The position numbers and the translations under genes were made by a program. The notes under the pieces were generated by a model. It saw nothing but the letters and a program-made list of their open reading frames with translations, made no database searches and was not told the DNA's origin. Shown in pieces: positions 48,901 to 63,303 of a stretch of 64,000 bases of DNA (its first letter is position 1; each line of letters opens with the position of its first letter). The DNA is from Mobula hypostoma (Eukaryota), in assembly GCF_963921235.1 (NCBI RefSeq), contig NC_086098.1, forward strand, positions 235,848,001 to 235,912,000, written 5' to 3'.

Positions 48901-49728
48901 CAATGACAACGGGAATAGATAAGGACGTCATATAAATACAAAAACCAAACACTGGTTTAACATGCCCCTGAGCACATCGTTAACTGAAGCCTGCAATACA
49001 GCGGCTGCATTGACATCGCCAGGTGCACATAGAGGCCTACTGAAAACAGACATCTGTATTCATTTGGAATTTATTTTGGTTGGTTGTCTCTGTCTTGTTC
49101 TCCATCCGTCAAAAACGTATTTTGCCCAGTGACAAAACATTTGAATTTTCACTGTCATACTCTTCCCGACATGTCCTTTCCGGCAACTTGTCTTTGCCTC
49201 CATCTTGTCCCACATGTCTTCCAACATAACTACCCAGGGGTGAGGTACCAAAAGCTGAGGGTGTGGCTAAAGATTTGGCTTTTTTAAAGTGCTGCAGGAA
49301 AGAGCCACAGAAATAGAAGCCTGCAATCGTAAGTCCAGTAGAGACAAGTTATTGGAGGATTTTCTTAGGGTCAGTATCTTTCCGCCTTTGGAAAGGTAAG
49401 GAGCAATTGGAGATAGTGATCGTGTGCATGGGAAATTGTGTCCGGGGAAGGGAAGTTTGAACAGATGACAAACGGCATGCAGAATATGTCAAGAATATTA
49501 CCATAAGATATCGGAGCAGAATTAGTCAATTTGACACATCGAGCCTGATAAGCCATTGCATCATGAATGATCCATTTTCCCTCTCAGCTCCAACCTCCTA
49601 CCTTCTCCCAGCATCCCTTCATCCCCGACTCATCAAGAATTTGTCATCCTCTGCCTTAATTGTACCCAGTGACCTGGCCTCCACAGTCGCCTGTCCGATC
49701 GAATTTCACTGATTCACCACTCTCTGGC

Positions 49729-50155
49729 TGTCACAACCACGGATTCGGCAGCACGGCAGATACGGCAATTGCGCTCGTCAATATGCACGTCTTAGCTAAT
49801 TATTATTTCATACTGATAATATTTAACTCAATTCATTCCGTTGTGGTACTTGTGGAGACTTGAACACAACATAGCAACGATTCGCTTCCTGTTTACATTC
49901 GGCCTTGCCTGACAAATTGGACTGTCGAGTCAACTGACTCTGAAGTCTAGCGGTATTCATTTTAAATTTAGTTTTTCCTTTCAGCCACAGTGTAGGCCTC
50001 GTTTTCCATCTGAGAGTTTTAGTCAACGGCCCTGTTTGGCCTAGTGTTTATTGCTTTATTTTCCTTGTAACACTGTTTGCATTAAAGTCTGTGAACTGTC
50101 GATCAGCTTCAGTGTCCCTCGCTCCGCACTTTGGCCATTTCCGAAACTAGTGACA
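49729..50155 (+). mobile_element. Solo LTR (427 bp) with 5-bp TSD CTGGC, inserted in a CR1 3' UTR
   Basis: Starts TGTCAC and ends GTGACA; CTGGC at 49724-49728 and 50156-50160; internal ATTAAA. Removing it restores the CR1 motif ctctggctaa. Confidence 0.85.
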
Positions 50156-50159
50156 CTGG

Positions 50160-51340
50160 CTAAAGAAATTCCGCCTCAGCTCCGTTCTAAAAGTACGCCC
50201 CTCTGTTTTGAGGCTGTGTTCTCTGGTCTTGGACTCACCCAAATTGGGAACATTCTCTCCACCTCGGCTCTAACGAGGCTTTTCAACGGTCGACGGTTTC
50301 AATGAGCTCACCCCTTACTCTACTAATTCCAGAGAATACAGGCCCAGAGCCATCCAACGTTCTTTATCTGACAAGCCTTTTAATCCCGGAAACATTTTCG
50401 AGAACCCCTTAAGATCCCTCTAAATTTCACCACACCTTTTCTTAGATAAGGGGCCCAAACCTGCTCACATCCAAGTGAGACCTTACCAGTGCTTTATAAA
50501 GCCTCAATATTACTTTGTACATCCTTGCTGTTATGTTCTCGTCCTCCTGAGATGAATGCAAACATCAGAGTTGCCTTCTTCACTACCACATGCAAATTAA
50601 CGTTTTGGAAATCCTGCACAAGGATCCCCAAGTCGCTTTGCACCTCAGATTCTGGAATTTTCTCTCCATTTAGAACATAGTTTGCACTTTGGAACACCAC
50701 TGGTCACCATCTGCCGACCAGCGAAGGCTCACTTTATTCCTCTTTTTGCCTCCTTTCAATGCATTCCCTCTGCTAGAATCATTCCTGCAACAGCATTGGC
50801 TCTTAAATTGTTAAGCAGCCTCATGCGTAGTACCTTGTTAAAGGTGCTCTGAAACTCCAAGTGCACAATACCCACCGATTCTCCTTTGTCTATCCTGTAT
50901 GCCATATCTTTAAAGAATTCCAAATGACTTTTCAGGTAAGATTTTCCCAAAAGGATTCCACGCTGGCAGCGGATTATTTTATCTTGTGCCGCTAAGTATC
51001 ATGGAACCACATCCTTAACAATTGACTCCATCATCGTTCCAGCCACCGAGGTCAGACAAACTGGCCTGTATTTTCCTTCCTTCTGCCTCTCTCCGTTCTT
51101 GAAGAGTGGAGTGACATTAGCAATTTTCCATTCCTCCGAAACTATGCTAAGATAAGTTGATTCTTGAACGATCATCAGTAATCCCTTTACGAGCCCCTGG
51201 GTGTATATCAACTGGTCCAAGTGAGTTATATACATGCAGACCTTTCAGTTTTCCAAGAAGCTTCTTCCTAGTAATGCCAAGTTCACAGACCTCTGCCCCT
51301 GACCCTCTGGAACGTCCCGCATTTTGCTCGTGTTTTCCAC
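50160..51340 (-). mobile_element. CR1 LINE fragments
   Basis: EEWKIANVTPLFKNG...YRPVCLTSVAG; VGIVHLEFQSTFNKV. Confidence 0.7.
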
Positions 51341-52946
51341 GGTGAATTTAGGCCAGGTATCTCATAGTAGGCTTGTCAAGCAGATCATATAATATGCTTG
51401 CGATGAGGTAGCCAATTGGATATAAAATGGGCTTGATGAAAAAGTGTCAGTATGGCAGTGAAATATACCAGAATCCCAAAGAGATCTACCCCCTGATACT
51501 GTAGATTATATAATTATATTCCTCTTCACCGGTCTTTGAAATATTCCTCCGACAGAACTTTTGTGCACGGAAGTGGACAGCGCGTCTCAACAGCGACGGA
51601 TTGGAAATGGAGCAGAGACTTCCCATCGGATGTGGTCAGGTCACAGATTTAGGTGGTTAAATAACCTATTGCCATTACCACCACCCCCACCCACACCCAC
51701 GAGATGTACGGAGGAAGCTTTGAGATTTGAGCGTGAATGGATTGAGGGAATCACTAACTCAGATGGAGGGAAGACCTGAGACACGGGGAAACATATTTAC
51801 AGTGCACCACTCAAGTGGGAGGTCAGTGTTTGCTCAGAGAGTGGCTGAAATGTGAACACGATGAGGTCAGGGAGTGGTTCAGGCGCAGAGAAAGCGAGTG
51901 TTTAAGGATTAGTCGGATAAACAAGTGTGGGGGACGAGATGGATAGATGATAAGCAGAGGAACAGGTGATGGCGGGAGGTGCAATTCTACACTTCCTAGC
52001 TGGAGAGCATCCTCATATCAGCCATTCCTATCTGGTTTGGTGCAGCATCCTCTGACAAAGAACAAAATCTACAGCGAACTGCTAGATGAACTGAAGATGT
52101 CATTGGTTCCAGTCGACCATCACTGGAGTGCTTGCATGTGTCCAGGACAAAGAAGCGGGCAGGACAAATCATTGCAGACACTACCCACTTTGCAAACTGC
52201 CTTTTTCCAAAAAAAAAACCTAGTGGAGAACGTTTTAGAACTATTTAGAGAAACATTTCACGCCATCGCAATCACCTTAAACGTTTTTTTTTCCCCCAGG
52301 TAATTAAGTGATTCTGCAGATGCTGGAAATTTGGTGCAGCAGATAAAAAATGATGGAGGAACACATTAGGTCAGGGAGCATCGAGAGGAAGGAATAAACA
52401 GTCGACGTTTCAAGCCGAGAGCTTTCCATAGATCCTGCCAGACCTGATTATTTCTGTCAGCAATTTGTTACTTCCCCAGGCTTTTAATCTGATCAAACAT
52501 TTGCAGTAACCCTATCTATTATCCCGGTGTCTGCACTGCACTGTAAATACTTTAAACCTTGTTTTATAATGTTGCTTACATTATACATTGATGCTCTTAT
52601 TGTGCACATTTTATTCCATATACTGAATTTAACTTCAAACTTGAATTTTATTTAATTATTCCTTATATTTCTTGAATGTTCTGTTTCATGTCACGCCAAC
52701 ACAACACAGCAAACTCCTAATGCATTGACCTGTATATGGAGAATAACATTGATTGTTGATCCTTGAAGATGGAGTACACGGAGAACGGCTTGGATAAGGA
52801 GGGACGGATAAGCCGTTTGAACTGACTCGACTGTAATCTAAGAAAGGTAGTTCAAGCTCGTCATGTTACTCGCTACTAATTCATCGACGCACAGAGAGCA
52901 GCCGATAAAAGACAGAGCCACTGTAAACCCGCCGCTGAATTGCCTC

Positions 52947-52952
52947 TTTATT
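52947..52952 (-). terminator. AATAAA polyadenylation signal, IgL cluster 2
   Basis: Paralogous to 29837-29842. Confidence 0.75.
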
Positions 52953-53235
52953 AGGTGCTGTGTTACAAAATTCAATTACAATACAGTCATCGTCTCCTGG
53001 TGAATATCTCCCCATTCTACAAACAGCAGAAGTTCAGACACAGCATAGTGAGAAACATTCGACATAGGAATACGTGTACCAAACGATTGGCGATCAAAAC
53101 ATACATCTCTGCATTTATTAAACATTTTTCGTGTTCCCAGAAATGGATATTTGCTACAGAACTACATTGCAGAAGGCGACTGCACAGCCCCAGTGCGGGT
53201 TACACTGTATTCGTGAGCTGCCAGCCGGCACACTC

Positions 53236-53564
53236 TCACTGCGCACAGGCGGACGAAGAGATGGTGTTACGCAAAGGCGAGCTCAGCGAGCTGTGGCTCA
53301 CGCTGCAGGAATAGATTGAGCCCTTGTTCCAGGCAGCGGCGGGAACCCGCAGGTAACTGCTCAGCTTGTAGGTCTCGTCGGTGTCCGTGGACACGGCGCC
53401 TGTGGTCACGCCACTGTCCGTCTCCACGCGATCCACGCTCCAGCGCAGCTCGACCAAGCCCGGCTTAAAGCCGCTCACGAGGCAGGATAGAGTGGCGGAA
53501 CCCAAGCCGGTCTCCTCCGGGGAGGGAGGAAGCAGGAGAACCGAGGGCTTTCTGCTCTCGCTAC
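53236..53564 (-). CDS. IgL cluster 2 constant exon
   Basis: 329 nt; 8 aa differences from the cluster 1 C. Confidence 0.95.
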
Positions 53565-55079
53565 CTGTGTGTGAGAAAGGTGGTGGGAGGAGGAGGAAAA
53601 TATCAACATTAATGTGTGCATTTCCAAAACAGCACCACACACTGACCGAACTCCCGTCAAACTATGATCAGAATGCACCAACGATACAGACAATCAGTGA
53701 AAAGTATGGGTACAGAATGCTACCATTCGACCCACCGACAGACGCTATCATGACACTGTTGCCCACCCCTCAGGTCAGGTCAGGTAAATTGCACGCATTT
53801 GATGCCGGCCTGGTGATATTGTTCTCTCTGCATAGGGAGGTACCTGGTTGGTTGCGAGGGTCGGGGATGGGTGTGGGAGAAGACACCTAAAAATCCCCAA
53901 ATCTAAATTCCATCTATTATGTGGCTATATATATTTCAGCTTTAGCTGTTGACAGAAGGGTTGCCTCCGGAATTGGAGTGGCAATGTGGATATCGATATC
54001 TCGCCGGCCAATAAGGCAGCACGAAGTGGCGAAGATACAAAAAGGCTCAGAGAGATGAGCGTTTCTTTTTTCAGTATTTCAGCTTCAGTGTCTGTTCTAA
54101 TTCCTCATTGTATTTGACAATAATGGCGCAATCTCTGTCACAAACTGCAACAGCGTTGACTTATAACGTATCAGATAACATTGGTTTGATTGACCTACAT
54201 TAAATTCATGGTTGAGTGCCGGAGTTAAGTTGGCGGCCTTTGGAATATGAGGAAGAGATTAACGGTTTAAAAGACAGGACTTTCGAATGGTGCTGTCTTG
54301 GGTGGGAACTTTCAAATGATGTACCATATGCGGAAGTAATTCACCACAGTAGATAATCATGTTCTCCCGAGGATCTGAATGACCTACCGTGCCGAACTGA
54401 ATGTGCGGATTCTGCACTAAACAGACAGAGCGATTCTTCCGCCAGTGTAGAGCCAGCTAGCAGCACGATTGAAACAGAGATTTCTTCGGAAGCGTAATTT
54501 CATATAGAGCGAGAGGATTACTTACTCTTTATCTCCAGCATCGTCCCCGGTCCGTAGAACCAACCAACACCACTTTCCCACACTCTGCAGTAATAGACGG
54601 CCGAGTCGCCGGGCTCCAAGCTGCCGATGGTCAGGATGTGACTGTTGGCGGAGGTGTCTCTGGACGGTTGGAAACGTTCGGTGATGCCGGGTCCTCTGTA
54701 AATGCTATTACCCGTGCTATGACCAATCACCCCCTCCGGTCTCTTCCCGGGACGATGTCGGTCCCACCCAAAGGCGTAACTTCCAACGTTTCCGTTCTGT
54801 AGCCGGCACTCTAAACGGGCAGTCTGTCCCGCGGAGACAGGACCGGACACTGGGGTCTGTTTGAGGACTGGGACCGCCAGGATACCTGTAATAAGACACA
54901 ATAAAACTACCAGGTGACTTGCAACCATCAGAAGTGTTATAGATCGATGAAGACTCGCAGAAAAGTGGCTTTCAAAGTTTCAACGAATTTCTTTGCGGAT
55001 AATTCGTGCGTAAACTAACCCGCCTCTCACCTGGTAAATGGACCATTAGAGCCCACAGGAGATGCAGAACTGGGGACAT
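53236..55079 (-). CDS. Ig light chain cluster 2, type I (NS5/sigma-cart-like), germline-joined VJ; 245 aa
   Basis: complement(join(53236..53564,54526..54885,55031..55079)). Leader MSPVLHLLWALMVHLPG|ILA; CDR3 RVWESGVGWF; same exon sizes as cluster 1. Confidence 0.93.
54526..54885 (-). CDS. IgL cluster 2 fused VJ exon
   Basis: 360 nt open frame; ttacag acceptor, GTAAGT donor. Confidence 0.95.
55031..55079 (-). CDS. IgL cluster 2 leader exon
   Basis: 49 nt, GTGAGA donor, 145-nt intron. Confidence 0.9.
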
Positions 55080-55150
55080 TGCTTCGGTCAGCGAGCGTCC
55101 TAACTTCCAACCGAACCGTTCGCTGTTGTGCAAACACTGGGAGCGTCTCA

Positions 55151-55272
55151 GGTTCCAGTGTCTGCAAACTGGACGCTCCGGGCTCTTTATTAACCGGGGA
55201 TGTTAATGAGTGGGAGGGGGCAGAGGCAGGATGGGGGCGGAGACTGACCACCCGTCCTCTGGAATCTACTGT
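55151..55272 (-). promoter_or_regulatory. IgL cluster 2 proximal promoter block
   Basis: Identical to 32107-32228. Confidence 0.65.
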
Positions 55273-58200
55273 TTGCGAATTCCATGATAGTAAAAATATT
55301 AACCTCTACCTTCAAAATACGCGTGTTTAGCTATGTTACATCAAAGATCCAAGGCAATCCGGTCTAATCCATACTTAGGAAAGGAATTGGGGGTGGACAT
55401 GATTTTAGACATTCGACTGACGGCTGCATTTAGCAACATGTAGCAGCTAATGTCTGTCTCAGCGAGCGACCAAGTCTACTCTCTGCAAAAATCCACCGTA
55501 ACCGTCTCCAAAACAGACTCATGAATGTACTGACAGAGTTCCTGCGTTTGGAAAACCATGTCATAAACGCGCTGTTACTTTCCTTTTCTGTCTGGATTTA
55601 AATAACGCTGATTTTAAAATTCATAAATCCAAATCGACTGAGGATCAAAGTTTAAGTTCGAAGTAAATTTATTATCAAGGATTGTATATGTCACCCGAGA
55701 TTCATTTTCTTGCAGGCATTCCCAGTAAAACAATGACATACAATAAAATCAGTGAAAAACTACACAGAAAGACTGACAGTCAGTGTGCAAAAGACTGCGA
55801 GAATAGAAAAATAAATAGCAATCATTTTCATTATAAATAAGTAAATATATGATAACGAAATCATGATCGTAGATTCTTTGAAAGCGAGTAGAACAAAATT
55901 TGTAAAAGAATCGATGAAAACCGACATACAAAGAGTGACAATCATCAATGCACAACAGACAAACTGAGGAAATACAATAATAATTATTTTTACTTAAGGA
56001 GGAATTTGAAAGACTTTGGCACAGGAACAAGGTGCACATTCTCTCGGTAGTATTTTCAACTAATGGTATCATCCCAAGGGCAGTACACAATCGCATTAAT
56101 CAATTAAAGCTATTCAGTAAATCTTTAGAAAGCCACGATATTAAACAGCACTAGATTCGTCGGGAAGTTCTTAGTAATTGACAAATGAGCATGCTTGGGT
56201 ATGCCTGTACCTCAGGGTTTACTAACGAGAGCTGGGAAAATGAGATGCAAATAATAATAACAATAATAAATAAATATAGATAGAAAGATCCGTTAGTCTC
56301 ATGAAACCATCGATTTGCGCCTTGGAATGTTTCCAGGGCGCAGGCCTGGGCAAGGTTGTATGGAAGACCAGCAGTTGCCCATGCTGCAAGACTCCTCTCC
56401 CCACGCCACCGATGTTGTCGAAGGGAGGGGCATTAGGACCCATACAGCTTGGCACCGGTGTCGTTAGAAAGATTGATAGACTGATACATAAATAATTTCA
56501 CTCATAATTAAAACTGAACTGATTCCGCAGCCTATGGACTGAACGTCAAGGACTCTATGGGTCGAAGAGTCCTTGAAGTTGAGTCCATAGTAAATGGACC
56601 ACTGGAGTCCATTTACTGCTTTTAGATTCATTTTCTGTAGGTATTTAGAATAGGACAAAACAATCGAATAGAATCAATGAAAAACTATACACAAACAAAT
56701 GATGAGTAAAAGAAAGACAAACAGAGCAAATTTAAAACCAAATTAATTTATAATACTGAGAACTTGAGTGATGGAGACCCTGAATGTGTTGTGTAAGGAC
56801 GGGTAATTAATGACAAAGAATGCATCATCTGACTAACAAAAACGCTACGGGGATCAGCTCCAACAACTCCTGTATTGGCCACACAATCACCACCCTGAAA
56901 ACTGTTGGCGCTTTGGACCTGCAGTGTGAGCCATTATAAAATGAATGAGGACAGCATTTGGCCTTTCGGTCATTGGACCATCGCGCCTCCCCTACCATTA
57001 AATAACACTGTAGGTAATAATTTTCCTGGGTCCGCGTTTCTGCATATGTATCTATTCCTCTTGTATGTAAAGATCCCTCAAAATCCTTTCTTGAATGTAC
57101 TTGGCGACTGATCATCCAGTTCACAGAAAAAAAATCAAATTTCTTTCTGATTTCGGCCTGCAGTGACACAAGTTGTGTTCTGATACACTGACATTTGATT
57201 CTAAATACCCCGACCAAGAAAACTATTACCGCTGTATTTCTATCATTTCTATCCCGTTGTTTCAGTTAGATGGCCTCTCGTTAAAAAAAAACAAACAGTC
57301 CCGGTCTGCTTTGTTTCCTTCTATACGGAAATCAACCGTATTAATCAATGACATATTCGCTTCGTCAGTGATTTCACATATCCTGCCCGGGAAGATCGGA
57401 CCCTCACACAGTATTCCAATTCTGATCATACCAGCTCCCTTTATTATTGCCAAGGACAGTCGCAAGCCCGTCTGCAAAAGGAGAAGGTTTGGGAATGGGT
57501 CTAGCAAACCTATCCCGTAAAAACCCAGAGGAACAGAGACGCCACCAGAAGCTCCAAAATCCTCATTCCTGGGAGAGGAAGGACGTTGGCCGAGAAGACG
57601 TATAAAGTCGTGTGGTGACTCGGGCGTGCTGCTCACGACAGCCTTTGCCGCAGTACGGGTGACAAGCTGAAAAAGAAGCAGACATCATTGTTCAACGCTC
57701 AAGTACACATGAGCACACGCTAATGTAAACCTCTCTTCTATTGCTTGCTTTATTGTATCCACGTATTAACTTACAGAGATCCGTAAGAAAGCACACGAGC
57801 CCTAGTTTTGTCATAATCTGGTGGAGAGGAGGGGATGTTGGGTCGTGGGGGTGAGCTCCCACTACGTATGAAATGGTCCTAATGGCGTACGTGTGAAATA
57901 CCCGCTGACCACCAAGTTTAGATTCTGGACTTCCCGTGATGTTTAACTGCTGAGCGCGCCATAACTATTTCAACTGACAGGATATTCCAATACTCCATTA
58001 ATCCAATGCCTCAGTATTGATTATTAAGAGAAAATACAGCCTACTGGTACCGTCAACACATTTGCTTTGGCCAGATAGGACTTGTTCGCCGTGGTTGCCA
58101 GCTGATGTACGAGAAGGAACCTTTGATCTCAAACTTCCGCTGCCTTTCAAGAATACCCACTCACGGGGAAGACTTCGGGAGAAAACCCTGAGGAAATATT

Positions 58201-60376
58201 TCAAGATGGAGTCCCTCAGGCAGTCCTATGTTGAGTTCAGATCTGACTGGCAACTTCTGCGACGCGACTGGCGCCAAACTGTATAGGCTGTGTAGAGAGG
58301 GGGAGCCTGCTGTATGGGCAACAGCTTGCAGTCTATATCATATTGCCCTGGCGTGTGTTTACAACTTAGACAACTAGGCCGAGATATCTATGGTCGAGCT
58401 CGACCAGGGTAGATTCTCAAAAGAAGCAGACTCAAGATTTTTCAAATCCGAACCTATTGATGAGCAATGCATAATGTTATTGTATCTGCAAAAATAGACG
58501 ATCTCGTGTTTAGCCGCATGTCTTAACTCGCTGGCCTACGGATTCCATCTGTATCTAACTCCTCCGAAACGCCGAAAAGAGCAAATAAATTTTTGTCATC
58601 ACGCCTCGGTTCTTCTTTCGCAGCTCCCTCAGTCAAACATGTAATATAAATTGTGAACAGCAAAAAGTATTAAAGTGATAATAAGTGCATAAGAAAATAA
58701 ATAATACGGAGAACATGGCGAAGGCAGCTGTTTTTTTCGTGATACACGCCAATTCTTACCAAAGTTAACGCCAAAGTAAATTTATTATGAAAGTGGAAGT
58801 ATGTCTCTTTAATGCTACCTTGAGATCCATCAGTTCAGATTTGAGGTCGGCGAAGTTATATACGTTGGTTCAGGAACCTGATCTTTACAGGGTATTAACT
58901 CTTCCTGAACCTGGTGCTGTGAGATCTAACGCTGCTGTACCTCCTGCCCGATGGCAGCAGCGATAAAAGAGCATGGCCTGGGTGGCAGGTTATTGTGGAT
59001 GAAGAGGTTAAGGATGAAGAGAGAAGGCAGAAGAATAGAATTGAAATGAAATTCAATGATGATTAAATGATTAGAAGGCGCAGAAGTGTGAGTGGAGAAA
59101 TGGTCAAATTCCACTCCTATATTCTACTGTTTGACATAAATGGAGCAAGACCTTTTGCTAAATTCTAATAAAATATTCTGTTTATGCGGGATATTTACTA
59201 ATTACCAGCTATTGTATTGTGTTTTTTGTCACTCAACCTGAATCATCACACATGTTGTTACTTTCATAAATCGCATCAGTTCAGGCTTATCGTATTGTTG
59301 TGTCTCAAGTACCTTATTAGCTCGTTAGCTTTCCATTAGCGCACTACCGGTGAATACGCCGTGTTGCCGCCTCTTGAGGTCAACTCTCTTTCATCTATTT
59401 CTACCTCACCCCCCCCCCCCACCCGCTGTTTGCTCTCAACCCAACACTTCTCTTTCTCAGGCCCTCCACTCTCTCTCTCTCTCTCTCCTCTGTTTTTCTC
59501 TTTCCAGCTCTACCCCTCATCCCCCCCATCTCTCTCTCTCTCTCTCTCTCTCTCAGTGTTCTTTGCTTATCGGTTTATTGACAATCAATAAATTCACTTT
59601 AGCGGAGTTCCGCTTCTCATTTACTTCGCCACCGCTAAAATCATTTTCCTCAATCTGCTCTCACCCGTTATTGTTTCTGTGAGCGATATGTGTCTAAATA
59701 CATTTGTACAATTCGCTACTTGTCTCTTCTTCGTCTTTTAATAACATTGCGCACAAATATTTTGTTCTGACCATTTCAGCTCTGAAAGGACGGACACTTA
59801 CTTCGAATTGTGACATTTGGTTGAGAAGTCGGTTAGATATGTATTCGTTATCGATGTATATTTATTTACCTAAGCCAGCCAGAGGGTAGTGAATATGAGG
59901 ATGTTGTAGCCTTACAGGGGCATGGAGGCCGAATCCCTGGCTGGATTGAAGGTAGAGATTGATAAGTTATTGATTGTTCAAGTTTCCAGGGAAAAGGCAG
60001 GAGAATGTGATTGAGAAAATGAATAATGGAATGACGGAAGACACGCGATGGGACGATTGGCCTAAACTATTCCTGCATTTTACCGTCTGATGTAACGGTA
60101 AGAAGACCACAATTCTCCTTCTGCAGTTACGTATTTATTGAAGCCCAGCAAATACATCTGCTTATACGCCACATCTTCTGGTTCACACATTTTACTGTGT
60201 GTATTCTATTTTAGGAATCAAGCAGATTCATGAGATATAATTTGACAATGAGAATTCTAGAGCAGCTTTTGTTAATTTTTATTTCACTCTCCGAGATGCC
60301 ATGTCAGCACTCTAGTATTGATAAACATATTGATTTCGCCCTTAGTAGTGAGGGAAACTGACATGCTGTCTCTCCC

Positions 60377-60521
60377 NNNNNNNNNNNNNNNNNNNNNNNN
60401 NNNNNNNNNNNNNNNNNNNNNNNNNNNNNNNNNNNNNNNNNNNNNNNNNNNNNNNNNNNNNNNNNNNNNNNNNNNNNNNNNNNNNNNNNNNNNNNNNNNN
60501 NNNNNNNNNNNNNNNNNNNNN
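60377..60521. other. Assembly gap / masked run (145 N)
   Basis: Direct reading. Confidence 0.99.
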
Positions 60522-61959
60522 TCCACTCTCTACTCCCGCTCTTAAAGGCTGAGCTTAACTGTGCAAACATTTAAAATCTACGGGACCAAGACGGATCTAC
60601 TGCGCTATCGCTTACGGAATTTGTGCAGAATATTGTCAGCTGACCGTGTTTTTCAGTGCCAGATATTTCTATTAAAAAAACATTTCTACTTTTCCCGTGT
60701 ACGTTCTGCTTTGCTGCTCCAAATATCCAGAATCCGTACAACGAACTGCTAAACCTGGCTTCCACGGGAATCAACGATTATCGAGTCTCTCTTCCCTTCC
60801 CATGTCAACCTGTAGATTGCTCTCACTCCAGCGCCAATCTGCCATGCTTAGTTGTGGTGCATAGAACTTCTGCCGATTCTTCGCTCCTCCAATGTTTCGC
60901 CGCAATTTAGTCCCTGGCCTAATGTTTGGTTCGCTTAACGGTCATTTGTCAGAGATTTTCCGGAAATAAGCAAACTGGTTTGCAACACAGTTCTTATCTA
61001 TATTGACACAATAATACTCTGCTTTATGTCAGTGGTAAATGTGAAGGTAAGACTTTCTGTCCCATTTTATGTGATTTAAAGCTGGCTGAGCGATGGTGAA
61101 TATGTCCTGATACACATCACTATCATCGCAGATGAGAGGAGTTATATTTAAAACATAATTGGACGGGCCAGTCTGATCTCACTGTGACTCAGTTGATCTC
61201 ACACGAGGAGGAAGGTCCTTCGTAAAGCATCACCTCGGCTCTGTTGTTCATGATTTAGGTCCCCATCACCACATTTCAGCTCTACAATATTTCTACAGCA
61301 GAGGAGCCATATTTCCTTCTATTGTCCCCAGTCTGCATCAGAAATTCTTTCCAGAGCGAGAGGTTCCTCCTTCTCTAGCCCCACAACCCACCACTATCTC
61401 GCCAAAGATCTTTGCATCCACTGAGCTTGAATATTTTTTCCTCAGGTTTAATTGCTCAGTTAATCAAGATTGTATTTGAGATGTTAAGCGGTGCGCTGTG
61501 TGTTTATCAAATCAGCCTCCTTAGCCATCTAGCCTTCTTTCATTCGTTACGTGTATTTTACGGTCCATGTTTCTGACAAACCCTATCGAGTGCTTCCTTA
61601 TGTGGTTCGTTGTCAATGTTGGATCAGTTCCAGCTGAAGTAAGTTGGTTCATTCTGATTTCAAACTCAAGTTCAATTTCAAGTTTATTGCCATCTGACTG
61701 GCAGTATACCCAACCAAGTGAAACAACGTTCTACCCAACCACTGCGCACCCACAAAACACACATCACACACAACACATAAAACAAATTATTACCACAAAT
61801 AATTTCATAAAATATATATTTCAATGTGCATGTATGGCGCACCACAGTTACGAGTAAACAGCCCAATGCCACAGTGACGTGCCCTCGGTGAAATATGATA
61901 ATATTGGGGTGTTACTATTGGACACCACAACTAATTTCATAAAATATATATAAGCATAG

Positions 61960-62460
61960 AAGCGTAGAAAACCTACAGCACAATACAGTTCCTTCGGCTC
62001 ACAATGCTGTGCCGAACATGTACTTACTTGAGAAATTACCTAGGGTTACCCACAGCCATCAATTTTTCCGTGTTCCATGTAGCTATCCAGGAGTCGATCA
62101 AGAGACCATATTGTGTCCACCTCCACCAAAGTCGCTGGCAGCCCATTCCACGCACTCACCACTCTCTGAGTAAAAAGCTACCCCTGATATCTCCTCTGTA
62201 CCTACTTCGAAGCACCATAAAACTGTGCCATTTCAACCCTAGGGAAAAGCCTCTGACTATCCACGCGATGATTGCCTTTCATCATCTTATACATCTCTAT
62301 CAGGTCACCTCTCACCCTCCATCGCTCCAAGGAGATCAGACCAATTTCACTCAACCTATTCTCATAAGGCATGTTCCCCAATCCAGGCAACATCCTTGTA
62401 AATCTCCTCTGCACACTTTCTATAGTTTCCACATCATTCCTGTAGTGAGGTGACCAGAAC
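61960..62460 (-). mobile_element. CR1 3' fragment private to duplicate copy 2
   Basis: FWSPHYRNDVETIESVQRRFTRMLPGL...RVRGDLIEMYK. Confidence 0.8.
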
Positions 62461-63224
62461 CAATCAAAGGGTAGGGCAGATATTTGCTGGGGTTCTCTAT
62501 ATAACTGATACTCTGACCAGAATGATATCGAAGTAAAAATAACGAGTGTGTTTGTCAGCAAAGTGGGAATTGCAGGAGATTGAGAAGGTGCAGAAAAGGG
62601 AAGTTGTAGTCGAGGGACCAAACTGGGCTATTTGAAGTGCTTTGCGGGTTGGATTGCCGAATGTGCCCCCCCCCCACCCCCCCCACCCCCCGCCTTCCCT
62701 TCTATATCTTTGTCTGGGTGAAGTTGGTTTGGGGACGCGAACACAGTCTGGGGGAGCTGTGATCTGAGATCTTAAATCATTCCGTGATGAACTCGGATAT
62801 TTGCCTGTTGCCCCACAACAGACCCAGCGCTGACGATGGTTCCCAAACTCAGTCAGCTTGTGTCTGCGAGTGACACTGATGCAGATGTGGACTCCGTCAT
62901 ATCCCCGTGGGGACCGGGGCGGTGTTTGCACAGACTTTATTTAGCAGCAGTTACACAAATTGATGCTGTTTCTGTCTTGTTTGTTAAGCGGTGCAGGTGG
63001 TGCGGTCACTGGGTCCCGGGAGGGTGGTAAAGAGACAGATGGCGAATTTAAAATCACTGAAGTATTTTCCATTGAGGCAATGCAATTAGTGGTAAAGTCT
63101 CCGACTTAAGTTTAATCTCTAAATTGCTCATATTTTTAAACAGTGTTTTCTTCCAAAAGGCATATTAGGTATTCTGGCGATGCTGAAGCACGACAAACGT
63201 TCTTAACAACAAATAACTGTACCA

Positions 63225-63226
63225 GT

Positions 63227-63300
<74 letters not shown>
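63225..63300. repeat. Compound (GT)n(GA)n microsatellite
   Basis: Direct reading. Confidence 0.95.

Positions 63301-63303
<3 letters not shown>

Noticed and set aside
56245-56252. Perfect octamer (ATTTGCAT on the Ig sense strand) upstream of cluster 2
   Set aside because: It is about 1.2 kb from the ATG, lies in the tail of an R4/Dong fragment, and is absent at the paralogous site in copy 1.
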